A stretch of 64,000 nucleotides of DNA. Source: Octopus sinensis. Lineage: Eukaryota. The stretch covers positions 34,038,001 through 34,102,000 of the forward strand of contig NC_042998.1 in assembly GCF_006345805.1 (NCBI RefSeq). Reading direction: 5' to 3'. Of the stretch, positions 24,451-36,312 are shown in pieces. The first letter of the stretch is position 1. Each line of letters begins with the position of its first letter. Made by a program: the position numbers and the translations under genes. Below the pieces are notes generated by a model. That model did no database searches, was not told the DNA's origin, and saw only the letters and a list, made by a program, of their open reading frames with translations.

Positions 24451-25604
24451 AAAGTTTATGATTCAACTCAATTTACCATCAAACCAATCAGACACAAGCA
24501 AAATTCTTTTGTCGGTTCTCATTTTGAGAAACAAATTTTGCAGCTTCTGTAAGGATATTTACTTTGTTTGCTTGTTTTTAATGAAATGAAAGCATAGCCA
24601 CAGAATTTAATCTCTCATATGCCATTCTACAAAAGTTTTGCTTGAGAAAATGTTCTTTCAGCTGTAGCAAGTTTTGCAGGAATTAACACTAAAAGCTGGT
24701 AAATTTTAGAAGTATCTCATATTAAATGCTCACCCTAGGTTGATTTTTTATCATTCAGGTGGTCTCATCATCATCATCATCATCATCCAGGTGATCTACA
24801 ATGTTACTAAATAACAAACAAATCTTTCTCATTGAAATTTGAAATACCAGAAATTAAGTTATGAAACAATGTAACCAAAGCAACTGTCCCTAATGAAACT
24901 GATTTCTGATGAAGAATACTCTTTGTCACTTACCTTTAGAAGTAATGTCTCCAGCCTTAAAGATACCTCGGAATCTGCTTGACAAAATCATTTGTCAGGA
25001 GAAGAGATTACTTTATCTGTGGCCTGAAAATACATGTGTCTGCAATGGTCTTGAACTGACAATGGAAATGTCCCTTCCTCAATTCTCAATTCAGTTCTTC
25101 TAGAAGACTTCCACAGCCATGTAGGTTCTGAGATGAAATACTCTCTCTCCTTCTCTTCAGATAATGTCTTACACTGCATTATAAATTTTGTAGTTTTTCT
25201 TCTCTAACGATTGTACTCGACAGCATCTTCAGTTGAAATTCTTCAAAACATTTGACAACTCAAAATTCTTTTACAAAACACATTGCTTGCTCTGTCAAAG
25301 CAGACACTTCGGTTGTTGCAGTTTTGTGAGCACACCCTATGGTAACTGCAAATATTTATGGTTGGCAAATAATACAAATGCTGAAATTTCTTATTGGCCA
25401 CCAAACATTTGTTGATCTAATGATTACATAATGGAATCTGATACATTGATCATTTCTTTGGCAGTAACTGAAAAGTCATTTGTACGAAGGTCACCAAGTG
25501 ATTTTCTCAGCCTTTAAAAACAGAACTCGTGTTTATTTGTACAAACTTTGTTGAGCCATCTAAGGAGATTGGAACTAGCTTTTCTCTTTCAATTCTATGA
25601 TCTT

Positions 25605-25968
25605 CTATCTTTTACTTGTTTCAGTCATTAGACTATGGCCATGCTTGGACACCATCTTGAAGGGCTTCTAATTAAATGAATTGACCCCAGTATTTTTATT
25701 TTAAAACCTGGTACTTATTTTTGCTGAATGACTAAGTTACGGGGATGCAAATAAAACCAACACCAGTTGTCCAGTAGTGGTGAAGCACAAACAAAAAGAC
25801 ACATACACACACACACACATATATATACATCAAGCTTCTCTCAGTTTCTGTCTCCCGAATCCACTCACAAGACTTTGGTCGGCCTGAGGCTATATTAGAA
25901 GACACCTGCCCAAGGTGCCACACAGTGGGACTGAACCTATAACATGTGGTTGGGAAGCAACCTGTGCC
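25605..25968 (-). mobile_element. SINE family A
   Basis: Matches family consensus; diverged copy. Confidence 0.85.
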
Positions 25969-26140
25969 TATTCTTGAACCTTTCAAGAATAATCAAGAAT
26001 ACCTTCCTGGTACCTTTATGGTCAAGTAGAGAGTGAACTTTGTGGCCTCCTATATCGTTTAAATATTTGTTTACATGTCACTTCTATACTGCATGGAGTT
26101 TTTCCATCCACTGTTGCATTAATTCCCCATTATTTACTAC

Positions 26141-26497
26141 ACAAGCATGGCTGTGTGGTAAGAAGCTTGCTTCCCAACCACATGGTTCTCGGCTCAGTCC
26201 CACTGTGTGGAAGTGTCTTCTACTGTAATCTTGGGCCAACCAAAATTTTGTGAGTGAATTTGGTAGACAGAAAGTGAAAGGTCATCATGTATACATGTGT
26301 GTGTGTGTGTTTCCATCACCACTTGATAATCAGTACTGGCATGTTTATGTGCCTATAACTTAGCAGTTTGGCAAAAGAGTCTGACAGAATAAGTACTAGG
26401 CTTTAAAAATGAACTGGGGTTGATTGATTTGACTAAAAATTCTTCAAGGCCATTCTCAAGCATGGCTGCAGCCCAATGACTGAAGCAAGATAAAAAT
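26141..26497 (+). mobile_element. SINE family A (inverted relative to neighbour)
   Basis: GGCTGTGTGGTAAGAAG head through CAGCATGGCTGCAG tail. Confidence 0.85.
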
Positions 26498-27683
26498 ACA
26501 CATCGCTTGGGATTTTTCCAACCAAGCCATCTACCATAGAAACCTTGACTTTATTTTTGGCCAAACAATGATAATTGCACGGCCATATGTTTTGCCATTA
26601 TAAAAACCAGAATTTTTTTTTTTTTATTATTTCTTACTCTTCTGGGAGAAACTGTCACAGCTGTTGCACGGTTCCACATCACTTTGTAATGCAAAAAAGG
26701 TGTTTCTCTTTATTCTCTCATTAATAACATGCCCCTTCATTCACACAAACACACAACCATGCTTTCTCTTTATCTCTCTCTCTCTGTCTCCCTACAGAAT
26801 ATGCAAGGAATCTACTTGCATACATTATGAGAAATGTTCCCTCATATACATACACAAACACATTCTTGTATTTACATACACAGTAAGACAACAATGTTGA
26901 TCCCCACCACTAGGCACACATCCCTATTTTTGTATCAATATACACACAAGAAGAAGCATTCTTCACACCCCACACACTTTGCTACATATACTCATATCTT
27001 AATCTGTTGGATATGCACTCTAATTAAGTGCTAAAAAATGATTGTCAATATATTTCATTTTCATTAACCATTCTTTGGCTTTTAATGACAATTTTTTTTT
27101 TTTTATACCATTAAACTCACCTTGTGGTTATTCCACATAGGCAAACCAAACGATGTGCAAACAATCATTTCTAGCGTGCATTTAGGAGCTGTTTGCATGA
27201 TTTGTTGAAGTTTTACCAAAATAATTCTCCAATGTAATTTAGGAATCTGCACTTTTAATAAGCGGCATGGTGACATTCAGAGAGCCAGCGTTCTTCAAAG
27301 TGCTGCCAAGCTTTTTTACCTTTTCAATTAAAACACAATTTCTTTACCTGCAGCAAGCTGGAGTTCTGAATTTCATTATACTTAGAGCCAAAGACAAAAG
27401 AAAAAAATAGAACCAAAACAATACAATATTTATGCTTAGCTTGGTAGTAATGAAATAGAGAAAATGAAATCAAAAGCTGTGTACAAAATTGTTTGGAAAG
27501 AACATTTGTTTCCCCAAATGTTGGGTTGAGAAAATTAAAATTCATCAATTGATTTGGGTAACAGGAGCAAACCTGAGGGCAGCTTTATCGGTTGTGCTGA
27601 TGTTGATTTTGACAATAAAGCAGAAATTGCTTCAACAGAAATGATTTTACTCGAAATTTCTGTATTTGCAATTTGTATAATAT

Positions 27684-28078
27684 CTATTTCTTTATTGCCT
27701 ACAGGGGGCTAAACATAGAGGGGACATACAAAGGGATTAAGTCGATAACATCAACCCCAGTGGGTAACTGGTACTTATTTAATTGACCCCGAAAGGATGA
27801 AAGGCAAAGTCGACCTCAGCGGAATTTGAACTCAGAACATAATGGCAGACAAAATACCTATTTCTTTACTACCCACAAGGGGATAAACAGAAAGGACAAA
27901 CAAGGACAGACAAACGAATTAAGTCGATTATATCGACTCCACTGCGTAACTGGTACTTATTTAATCGACCCCAAAAGGATAAGAGGCAAAGTCAATCTCG
28001 GCAGAATTTGAACTCAGGCAGATGAAATACCACAAAGCATTTTGCTCGGCGTGCTAACGATTCTGCCAGCTCACAACC
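27684..28078 (-). mobile_element. tRNA-headed SINE family D, head-to-tail dimer
   Basis: Head GAGCTGGCAGAATCGTTAGCACGCC; GAGTTCAAATTC B box; CTTTCATCCTTTCGGGGTC.AT..AATAAGTACCAG core present twice. Confidence 0.85.
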
Positions 28079-28089
28079 TTTGTATAATA

Positions 28090-28450
28090 TCATCATCATA
28101 TAATGTCCGTTTTCGATGCTGGCATGGGTTGGACAGTTTGACTGGAGACTGGCAAGCCAGGAGGCCACACCACGCTCCAATCTGATCTAGCAATGTTTCT
28201 ACAGCTAGATGCCCTTCCGAACGCCAACCACTCTGAGAGTGTAGTGGGTGCTTTTTATGTGCCACCGGCACAGGAGCCAGTCAGGGAGCACTGGTATCGG
28301 CCATGTTCGAATGGTGCTTTTTACATGCTACTGGCACAGGAACCAGTCAGGATGGGCGGGCTGGCATCAACCACATTCAGATGGTGCTTTTTATGTGCCA
28401 CCGGTACAGAGAGCCAGTCAGGTGGAACTGGCATTGGCCACAACTATAAT
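28090..28450 (-). mobile_element. Short RTE-tail element
   Basis: Family signature sequence. Confidence 0.85.
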
Positions 28451-28494
28451 TTCCATTTGATAGTGATTTGATTTGATTTTGATGGTTTCCTTTA

Positions 28495-28862
28495 CCTCGT
28501 TTCAGTCATTAGACTGTGGCCATGCTGGGGCACCACCTGGGAGAATTTTTTCTCTTTTATTCGAATGAATTGACCCCAGTACTTTTTTAAAGTATGGTAC
28601 TTATTCTATTGTTCTCTTTTGCCAAACCACTAAGTTACAGGGATGTAAACACACCAACACCAGTTGGAGGACAAACATAAACACAAAGACACTCAGACAT
28701 AGATATATATACATCAGGTTTCTTTCAGTTTCCATCTACCAAATTCACTCACAAGACTTTGGTTGGCTCAAGGATGTAGAAGACACTTGCCCAAAGGTGG
28801 CACACTATGGGACTGAACCCATAACAATGTGGTTGTGAAGCAAGCTTCTTACCACACAGCCA
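28495..28862 (-). mobile_element. SINE family A
   Basis: Family signature sequence. Confidence 0.85.
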
Positions 28863-29511
28863 CACTTGTTTTGTACAGTTTCCTTTAGCAGCTAATGAAT
28901 TGGAAAGATTAAGATTTATCAAATCTGATTAAAATAACTATAAATAACATTGTTTGTTACCTCCTACCTGAGTACACCTGAAACTGTTTGATAATCTGAG
29001 GAAATACAGTTTTTGAAATAAATTCAACGAATGGACATTTGAGTATCTGATGTTGGTATGAGTTTCAAAACAGACAGCTAGATAATAACATGGTCTTCCT
29101 ACACATGTGGCAGGAACATACAGTTGTTATATTACCTCTTTTATGATTCATGATCAAAACGATATATTTACTGAATGTCGTAGAAACGGTGAATGGAACC
29201 ATCTGTAATTAAGATTTATGAGAGGTCATATTTCACATCACTTACTGCTTGATAAGTTACAGGAAAATTTACGCAGGTTAATATTGAAATGGTAATTTTT
29301 CAAAATATTGGCTGTAACCAAAATATTTTTGGATGTGATTATATTATGAAGGTTTATTATCAATTCCAGTCAAGAACTGTTTTAAATCATGAAACCATTT
29401 TTCTGTAAAAACAAATAATTTAGGATTGAAAGGGTTAATTGAGAAATAAAACAACTGGCAATTCCCATAATAAAATAAAGTAATTACCTGCTTGGTAAAA
29501 GGGTAGAATCT

Positions 29512-29725
29512 TTTCTACTCTGGGAACAAGGCCTGAAATTTTTTAGGGAGGGGGCCAGTCAATTAGATCAACCCCAGTATGCAACTGGTACTTAATTTAT
29601 CAACCCCAAAGGATGAAAGGCAAAGTCAACCTCGGTGGAATTTGAACTCAGAATGTAAAGACAGATGAAATACCGCGAAGCATTTCGCCTGGCCTGTCAC
29701 TGTTTCTGCCAGCTTGCCACCTTTG
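29512..29725 (-). mobile_element. SINE family D monomer with 14 bp TSD
   Basis: AAAGGGTAGAATCT flanks both sides (~29498-29511 and 29726-29739). Confidence 0.88.
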
Positions 29726-29929
29726 AAAGGGTAGAATCTGAGAAAACTAGTGAGGCACTGTGTCAGCAAAAGCTAATCAGAAAACTAAACTGATCGTAGC
29801 AGTACTTCTTTGTTTTTAAGGCTTTGCAAAGTTGGCTTGAGCAAGTTCCTCTGTTCTTTAAATTCACCCACACTCTGTCGTGTATGCACACTGACATTAC
29901 ACATTCAGTGGAGCATACTAGCTATATAT

Positions 29930-30120
29930 ATCATCATCATCATCGTTTAACGTCCGCCTTCCATGCTAGCATGGGTTGGACGATTTTGACTGAGGGCTGG
30001 TGAGCCAGATGGCTGCACCAGGCTCCAATTTTGATCTGGCAGAGTTTCTACAGCTGGATGCCCTTCCTAACGCCAACCACTCTGAGAGTGTAGTGGGTAC
30101 TATTTACGTGCCACCAGCAT
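29930..30120 (-). mobile_element. Short RTE-tail element
   Basis: Family signature; a second diverged copy lies at 30300-30455. Confidence 0.85.
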
Positions 30121-30721
30121 ATTTATTTGAGAGAGAGAGAGATTATAGGGAATATTTATAAATTAAAAAAATCTGTTCGTCTGCATGTCTTACTGGCAAA
30201 AAGCTATTAGTAGTCCGTATTTTAATACTGTACATTAAATGATATTTATTTCTCACTGGATGGACAACTTTTTTGTTGATCCTACCAAATGAAACAGTAA
30301 ATCATCATCATCATCATCATCATTTAACATTCGTTTCCCATGCTGGCATGGGTTGGATAGTTCAACAGGAATTGGCAAGGTCAGGATCCACACCATGTTC
30401 CATTGTCTGTTTTGGCAGGATCTCCACAGATGGATGCCCTTCCTAACGACTACCATTTTAAAATTGAATAAAGAATGTGTGTGTGTGTGTATACATATGT
30501 ATGGATGTTTTTCTATAAGTGTGTGAGTTACATGTACACAAACACACACACAGATGCGCAGTCATGTCACATTAATCTAATGGCTTACTCTATATTTTTG
30601 AAGATTACAAATTTGTTACCTTGAAACAAGAATATAATTAATAGTGACTTTGAAGTTTCAGCCAGTTAAACCATTCATGTTCAGGGGAATACACATGCTC
30701 TGGATTTACAGCCAACAGTGA

Positions 30722-31053
30722 AGGCGCATGGCTCAGTGGTTAGAGCGTCGAGCTTACGACCGTGAGGTTGTGAGCTCGAATCCTGGACCGGGCTGCGTGT
30801 TGTGTTCTTGAGCAAGATACTTTATTTCACGTTGCTCCAGCTAACTCAGCTGTAGAAATGAGTTGCGACGTCATGGGTGCCAAGTTGTGTCGGCTGCTGC
30901 CTTTCCCTTGGATAACACTGGTGGCGTGGAGAGGGGAGGCCGGTATGCATGGGCGACTGCTGGTCTTCCATAAACAACCTTGCCCAGACTTGTGACTAGG
31001 AGGGTAACTTTCTAGGTGCAATCCCATGGTCAGTGTCATGACCGAAGGGGGTC
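30722..31053 (+). mobile_element. tRNA-headed CORE-type SINE family B (tail T3)
   Basis: GGCGCATGGCTCAGTGGTTAG A box, GCTCGAATCC B box, TTGAGCAAGATACTTTATTTCACGTTGCTCCAG CORE-like block, tail ending GACCGAAGGGGGTC. Confidence 0.88.
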
Positions 31054-31122
31054 CCGAGCCGAGCCCGGATTGGCTAAATTTTGAAGTCACTGCCAAAAAT
31101 ATTCTTGTTTAAGAATTATATA

Positions 31123-31163
<41 letters not shown>

Positions 31164-31599
31164 CAAAATAAGCAACAAGGATATCCAAGGTAGTGTAGTA
31201 CAATCATTTCATGCTACTTCATTTTATTAAACAATGTAAGTATTACATGAGTTTTAAAATGTAGAGCAATCTTCAGCCACATATAGAATTTTTTTAATTA
31301 AATGGACAATGTACAGTTTTATACTTATTTTATTTGCCAACATTACAAAGAGGGTAGATATATAGACAGAGAGGTTAATTTCATCATTAAGAACATGGTA
31401 GTAGAAGGTCCTTCTCCATCTGTAGATTTTTTTACACTGAGTCACTTTATTATCAAGATTTATTAATGGGGGGAATTTTGCTGAACTTATATATATACAC
31501 ACACACTCACACCATTGCAGGTAATGGTCTTTCAAACACCACCTAAGATCATATTTCAAATAACAATAGATTATATAATAATAGAGCCCCTGAGAATTG

Positions 31600-32000
31600 T
31601 AATAAGCTAAAAATATGTAATTGTAAAAATATCAATGACTGCCCATTAAATGGAAAATGCCTTGTGAGAAACACAGTATAACTGATATAGTGTAATTATG
31701 CATTCATGTTCAGGGGAATACACATGCTCTGGATTTACGGCCAACATTTTCAAGAAGCGTTTTTATCTATAATCGTGTGCTCTCTTTCAAAAATCCTAAA
31801 TCGACTCAATCAACATCATTGGCTGAATGTGCGTGGCAACTCAAACACCTTTCAGTGGAAAATAGAATAATTTGAAACTCTATGCACAGAAGAATGAAGG
31901 CTTTACTGGTTATGCGGCAAAGCAAATTTTACTTTCTGGTAAACGACTTCCAAATAAACGAAACAAATTCATTATCAATTGCAACTGCAAGTTTTTTTGT
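31600..32000 (+). pseudogene. Penelope-like GIY-YIG endonuclease fragment
   Basis: NCKNINDCPLNGKCLVRNTV; FKKRFY; STSLAECAWQLK; LPNKRNK match the PLE C-terminal pattern CPL.G.CL...FK.R..H...ST.L....W.LK...LNKR.E. Confidence 0.75.
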
Positions 32001-32202
32001 TTTTTTTTTTAACCTTTACAAAGAAAACAGAAGAAAAAGAAAACTCAAATGAACTAAGACATCTAACTTAACCTGCAAGTAAACATCTTACAAAATATTT
32101 GGTTCTGTCTCTATATTAACTGCTTTTTGTCTTGCCTTTCTTATCCCTAAGAGACTTCTGCTTCAACTATTTAAATGTTATATCATTTATTAACAATTGT
32201 TG

Positions 32203-32220
32203 TGGTTATTATTATTATTA

Positions 32221-32268
<48 letters not shown>
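32203..32268. repeat. (TAT)n microsatellite
   Basis: Direct inspection. Confidence 0.95.
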
Positions 32269-32542
32269 GCATATTATTCTAAGTCGTATTAGTTTATTGC
32301 ATATATCAAAGGGCATTACTTCCAACAATTGACAGGTCTCTTCGTATATCCCTAAAACTTCCTAGATTTTATTAAGACAAGCTCTATTATCCAACTTAAG
32401 TCAACAAATGTATATCTGCATGTACATATGGACAGAAGAATGTAGGTGAACAGCTTTGTGTGTGTGTGTGTGTGTGTGCACATATATAAATGCGTGTATG
32501 TTTGTGTGTCTATATATACATGTGTGTCTATATATATATACA

Positions 32543-32943
32543 GGCGCAGGAGTGGCTGTGTGGTAAGTAGCTTGCTAACCAACCACATGGTTCTAGGTTC
32601 AGTCCCACTGCGTGGCATCTTGGGCAAGTGTCTTCTGCTATAGCCCCGGGCCGACCAATGCCTTGTGAGTGGATTTGGTAGACGGAAACTGAAAGAAGCC
32701 TGTCGTATATATGTTTATATATGTATATATGTGTATGTGTGTGTGTTTGTGTGTTTGTCCCCATAGCATTGCTTGACAACCGATGCTGGTATGTTTACGT
32801 CCCCGTCACTTAGCGGTTCAGCAAAAGAGACTGATAGAATAAGTACTGGGCTTACAAAGAATAAGTCCCGGGGTCGATTTGCTCGACTAAAGGCGGTGCT
32901 CCAGCATGGCCGCAGTCAAATGACTGAAACAAGTAAAAGAGTG
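32543..32943 (+). mobile_element. SINE family A, full length, young
   Basis: GGCGCAGGAGTGGCTGTGTGGTAAG ... GAAACAAGTAAAAGAG. Confidence 0.93.
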
Positions 32944-33901
32944 AAAAAAAAAAAAAAGAGTATGTATATGCACATACATGTATGTGTGCATGTATGTATG
33001 TATAACATGTCTGTATATCTGCATGTATTCCATATGGTTTGTATATAATTTTTAGTATATGAACTTATCTCACCTCATATATGCAAATTTCTTAACTTTG
33101 ATGTGAGTCTATCTGCATCATGCACTGGGATCTCTCTTTCGATAAAGAAACACGTGAGTTAGTAGAATAAGGATTAAAGGCAATTGACAGAACAACGCTG
33201 CCGGGAAAATTCAAGTGTTGGATACTGCAATTTGAACTGTACCCAAGAATAATGTGGCCATTGCAAATGTACGAAATAGCCTCAAGTAGAGTAGAAAGGA
33301 TGGAGCAAAGATGCAGGGTGTTTATCAGAAAATGGCTTGGTCTGCCGAAACCACTGAATACAACTGCACTATATGGAAAACCCGTGCTGCAACTACTAAT
33401 AACATCAATCGCCAAAGAATATAAGGCAGGAAAGGCAAGGACAGTAATGATGCTAAGGTATTCGAAAGACCAGAGCATCCGGGAAAACCCTCCAAAGGTA
33501 TGATCAAAGAGGAAATGGAAGGCAGAAGAGGCAGTAAACAGGGCAATTGGAAAACTAAGGCATGCAGATATAGTCGGAGCGACGCAAGAAGCTAGAACCG
33601 GCCTGGGGTCGCAAAATTTCAGGCCATTTTGCAAGAGCAGTGTAAAGGAGATGAAAGAGGCAGTGGTATACGAAGTGAGAAAGGAGGAAGAAGAAAGGCG
33701 AAATGTACATTTGGTGCAATGCAGTCAACAGGGACAGTGCCTGAGATGGGAGGAATGTGTGATCAACCGCAGAATATCATGGAAGGAACTTTGGGCTTGG
33801 GAACAAGCAAGAACATCCTTCCAGATCAAGTCTACCTTCGACGTTCTACCTTCACCGGCGAACTTAGTCCGGTGGAACATAAACAAAACCGATGAGTGTA
33901 G

Positions 33902-34576
33902 ATGCGGAGAGAAAGCGACAGACATGTTCTGTCAAGTAGCAGACAAGCACTTGAAAGATATACTTGGCGGCATAATCAAGTCCTCGGCGTCATAAGCGCA
34001 GCACTCAAGGAGAAGATCAAGAGGTACAATAGGGGAGAGTACCCAAAAGTAGAAACGCGCAGGAAAGTATACATCCGCAAGGAGGGAAAAGGTTATAAAA
34101 CCAGGCTTACAAGTAAAGTATACAAGATAGACGAAAGATGGAAGGGATACTGGGAGGTGACCATGGACTTGGAAAGACAAGTAATATTTCCACTAATAAA
34201 AACAACAAAAAGACTGGATTTAGTTCTATGGAACAGAGACTGGAGAATGGGAATTTTACTAGAACTGACAGTACCTTGGGAAGAAAACATCGGCAATGCA
34301 GAGGAACAAAAAGAGAAGAGGTATGAAAAGCTAATCGAAGAATGCAGAGAACAGGGATGGAATGTCGAATACTATCACCTGGCAGTGGGGGCTAGAGGCT
34401 TCATTGAAAAGAAAATGACAACGCTTTTCAAAAGAAGATTTGTTTTTTCTAGCCCTGAGCTGCGTAAACTAATAAGGAGAGTACAGGATGCGGTCGAAAA
34501 AGCCAGCTTCTATATATGGCTGAAGCGGGAAGACCGAAAATGGCTTGAAAGTCATAAACACACTGACGGGAAATAA
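33902..34576 (+). pseudogene. CCHC plus restriction-like endonuclease C-terminus of HERO ORF
   Basis: 224 aa ORF in track; motifs as quoted for the element. Confidence 0.88.
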
Positions 34577-34674
34577 CATCACTAGGTGAGACAAGCTGAC
34601 TGACAGGTGACGGTCGTTTAGAAAAAGCGCGGGCTAAAACTACGCGCCTTCACTAGTCAGTTAAGGTGAGACAG

Positions 34675-34760
34675 TGTCACGTGACAACTTGCTGGGGCTG
34701 CCTGCTGGAGCCTATGTAGCAGGTATTTAAAGGGAAAAATTTGAAAAGACAGTCAGTCAC
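34675..34760 (+). promoter_or_regulatory. Candidate Pol II core promoter (E-box, TATA, Inr)
   Basis: TGTCACGTGACA at 34675-34686, TATTTAAAG at 34724 and TCAGTC at 34753-34758; the TATA T is at -31 relative to the Inr A (34755). Confidence 0.4.
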
Positions 34761-35134
34761 CAGCTGACACTCGCTGATGATACATCGAAGAGGCCAGGGA
34801 ACAGAAGAAAGAAGAAGAAAAAAGACATGCACCCAACACCAGAGCTGAAGACACCTCCGAAAGGTGGGGCCCTGCCATGTCAAAACGGTAGAGAAGTAAG
34901 GGCCGAAACCCAACGTGGTTCCCCCTGATGATGTCTTGAGCTAACTGGATCCTATAAAGGAGCTGTTGTGGTAGCAGACCACAAAACACGGTTGTAATTC
35001 CTTCCTACATGCGTGTGTATGCATATGAGGTGCATGTGCATATGTGTGTGTGTATCAGCTTGTATAGAAACATATGTACGTGTGGCATTTCGGTATGGTA
35101 CCATATGTATGTGTGTACATATGTATTTATAAAT

Positions 35135-35440
35135 ATCACCGTGATCACCATAACCGACCAGGCTATCAGATGTTGTTACACATTGCTAGTCACAATGCGC
35201 TTTGCATTGTTTTTTTTAGCCTTCAAATGATGCCACCCCGCTGGCTAAGCGAGCAGGCCAACAGTAGAAAGAGTGAGAGAAAGTTGTGGCAAAAGAGTAC
35301 AGCAGGTATCGCCACCACCACCCTGCAGGAGCCTCGTGGAGCTTTAAGTGTTTTCGCTCAATAAACACTCACAACGCCCGGTCTGGGAGTCGTACGACCG
35401 CGAGTTCGCTGCCCTAACCACTGGGCCATTGCGCCTCCAC
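35135..35440 (-). mobile_element. SINE family C head and core with alternative tail T2
   Basis: Same head and core as 16146, but continues GGGGTGGCATCATTTGAAGGC...GGTCGGTTATGGTGAT. Confidence 0.85.
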
Positions 35441-35764
35441 TTTTTTTTTAATAAATATACATGTGTATATATGTGTATGTATATATACATACATGTATGC
35501 TTGCACATGTTATGAAGCTGCAACACTGCATCTGTATTTGAAAGAGACAAATGTAATGTTAGAAAGGGGAGATGGCTGCTAAATGTTTATACTCTATTGT
35601 ATTAAGTGAGTATTGGTAAATACAAGCTACATTGATAGCTTGGATCTCAGATATATCAAAAACAAATACATCTATATTAGTTATCTATCTAACTATCTAT
35701 CAATCTATCTAGTTCTTAGCTCTCTCTGTATCTCTATCTCTCTCTCTATATATATATATGCTGA

Positions 35765-36089
35765 GACCCCCTTCGGTCATGACTGACCATGGGATTGTAC
35801 CTAGAAAGTTACCCTCCCAGGCACAAGTCCAGGCAAGGTTGTTTATGGAACACCAGCAGTTACCCATGCATACCGGCCTCCCCTCCCCACGCCACCAGTG
35901 TTATCCAAGGGAAAGGCCGACACACCTTGGCACCTGTGACGTCACAACTCATTTCTACAGCTGAGTGAATTGGAGCAATATGAAATAAAGTGTCTTGCTC
36001 AAGAACACAACACACAGCCCAGTCCCGGATTTTAACTCACAACCTTGCGATTGTAAGCTCGACGCTGTAACCACTGAGCCATGCGCCTT
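35765..36089 (-). mobile_element. SINE family B
   Basis: Reverse complement of 30722-31053. Confidence 0.88.
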
Positions 36090-36105
36090 CACTATATATA
36101 TATAT

Positions 36106-36312
36106 GGTTATTGTGTTCATGAAGAAAACCCTTCATTTCCCATTGTTCCAGTCCATTCAACTGTAAATGGGTACCCCTGCAATGAACTAGCTTTCCAATC
36201 AAGGGGAATGTTCACCTAGCCAGTGGGGCAGCATCATTTGAAAGCTTAAATAATGCAAAGCACATTGTGACCAGCAATGCATAACAACATCCCATAGTCT
36301 GGTCAGTCATAT
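36106..36312 (+). mobile_element. 5'-truncated CORE-type SINE with tail T2
   Basis: TTGTTCCAGTCCATTCAACTGTAAATGGGTACC core followed by GGGGCAGCATCATTTGAAAGC...GTCTGGTCAGTCAT. Confidence 0.65.

Larger units (their letters stand above)
24480..27660 (-). pseudogene. Decayed hAT (ZMYM1-like) transposase, split by SINEs
   Basis: Minus-strand manual translation: N-terminal F...FG and ..KAW.HF..(E).SECH (TTF zinc-finger-like); SVQDHCRHMYFQATDKVISS..K*F.Q...RLETLLLK; LVLIPAKLATAERTFS; ERLNSVAMLSFH (hAT dimerisation domain). Confidence 0.78.
33090..34990 (+). mobile_element. 5'-truncated HERO-type non-LTR retrotransposon with REL endonuclease
   Basis: IDRTTLPGKFK.W..PRIMWPL.MYEI..RKWLGLP; CRC..HVLSS..ALERYTWRHNQVL (zinc knuckle); RLDLVLW..ILLELTVPWEEN..A..KE.RY (PD-(D/E)xK). 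One in-frame TGA at ~33501 and a frameshift near 33925. Confidence 0.88.

Noticed and set aside
34775-34850. Box C/D snoRNA (TGATGA...CTGA)
   Set aside because: No terminal stem, a purine-run interior with no recognisable guide, and it lies in a retroelement 3' region.
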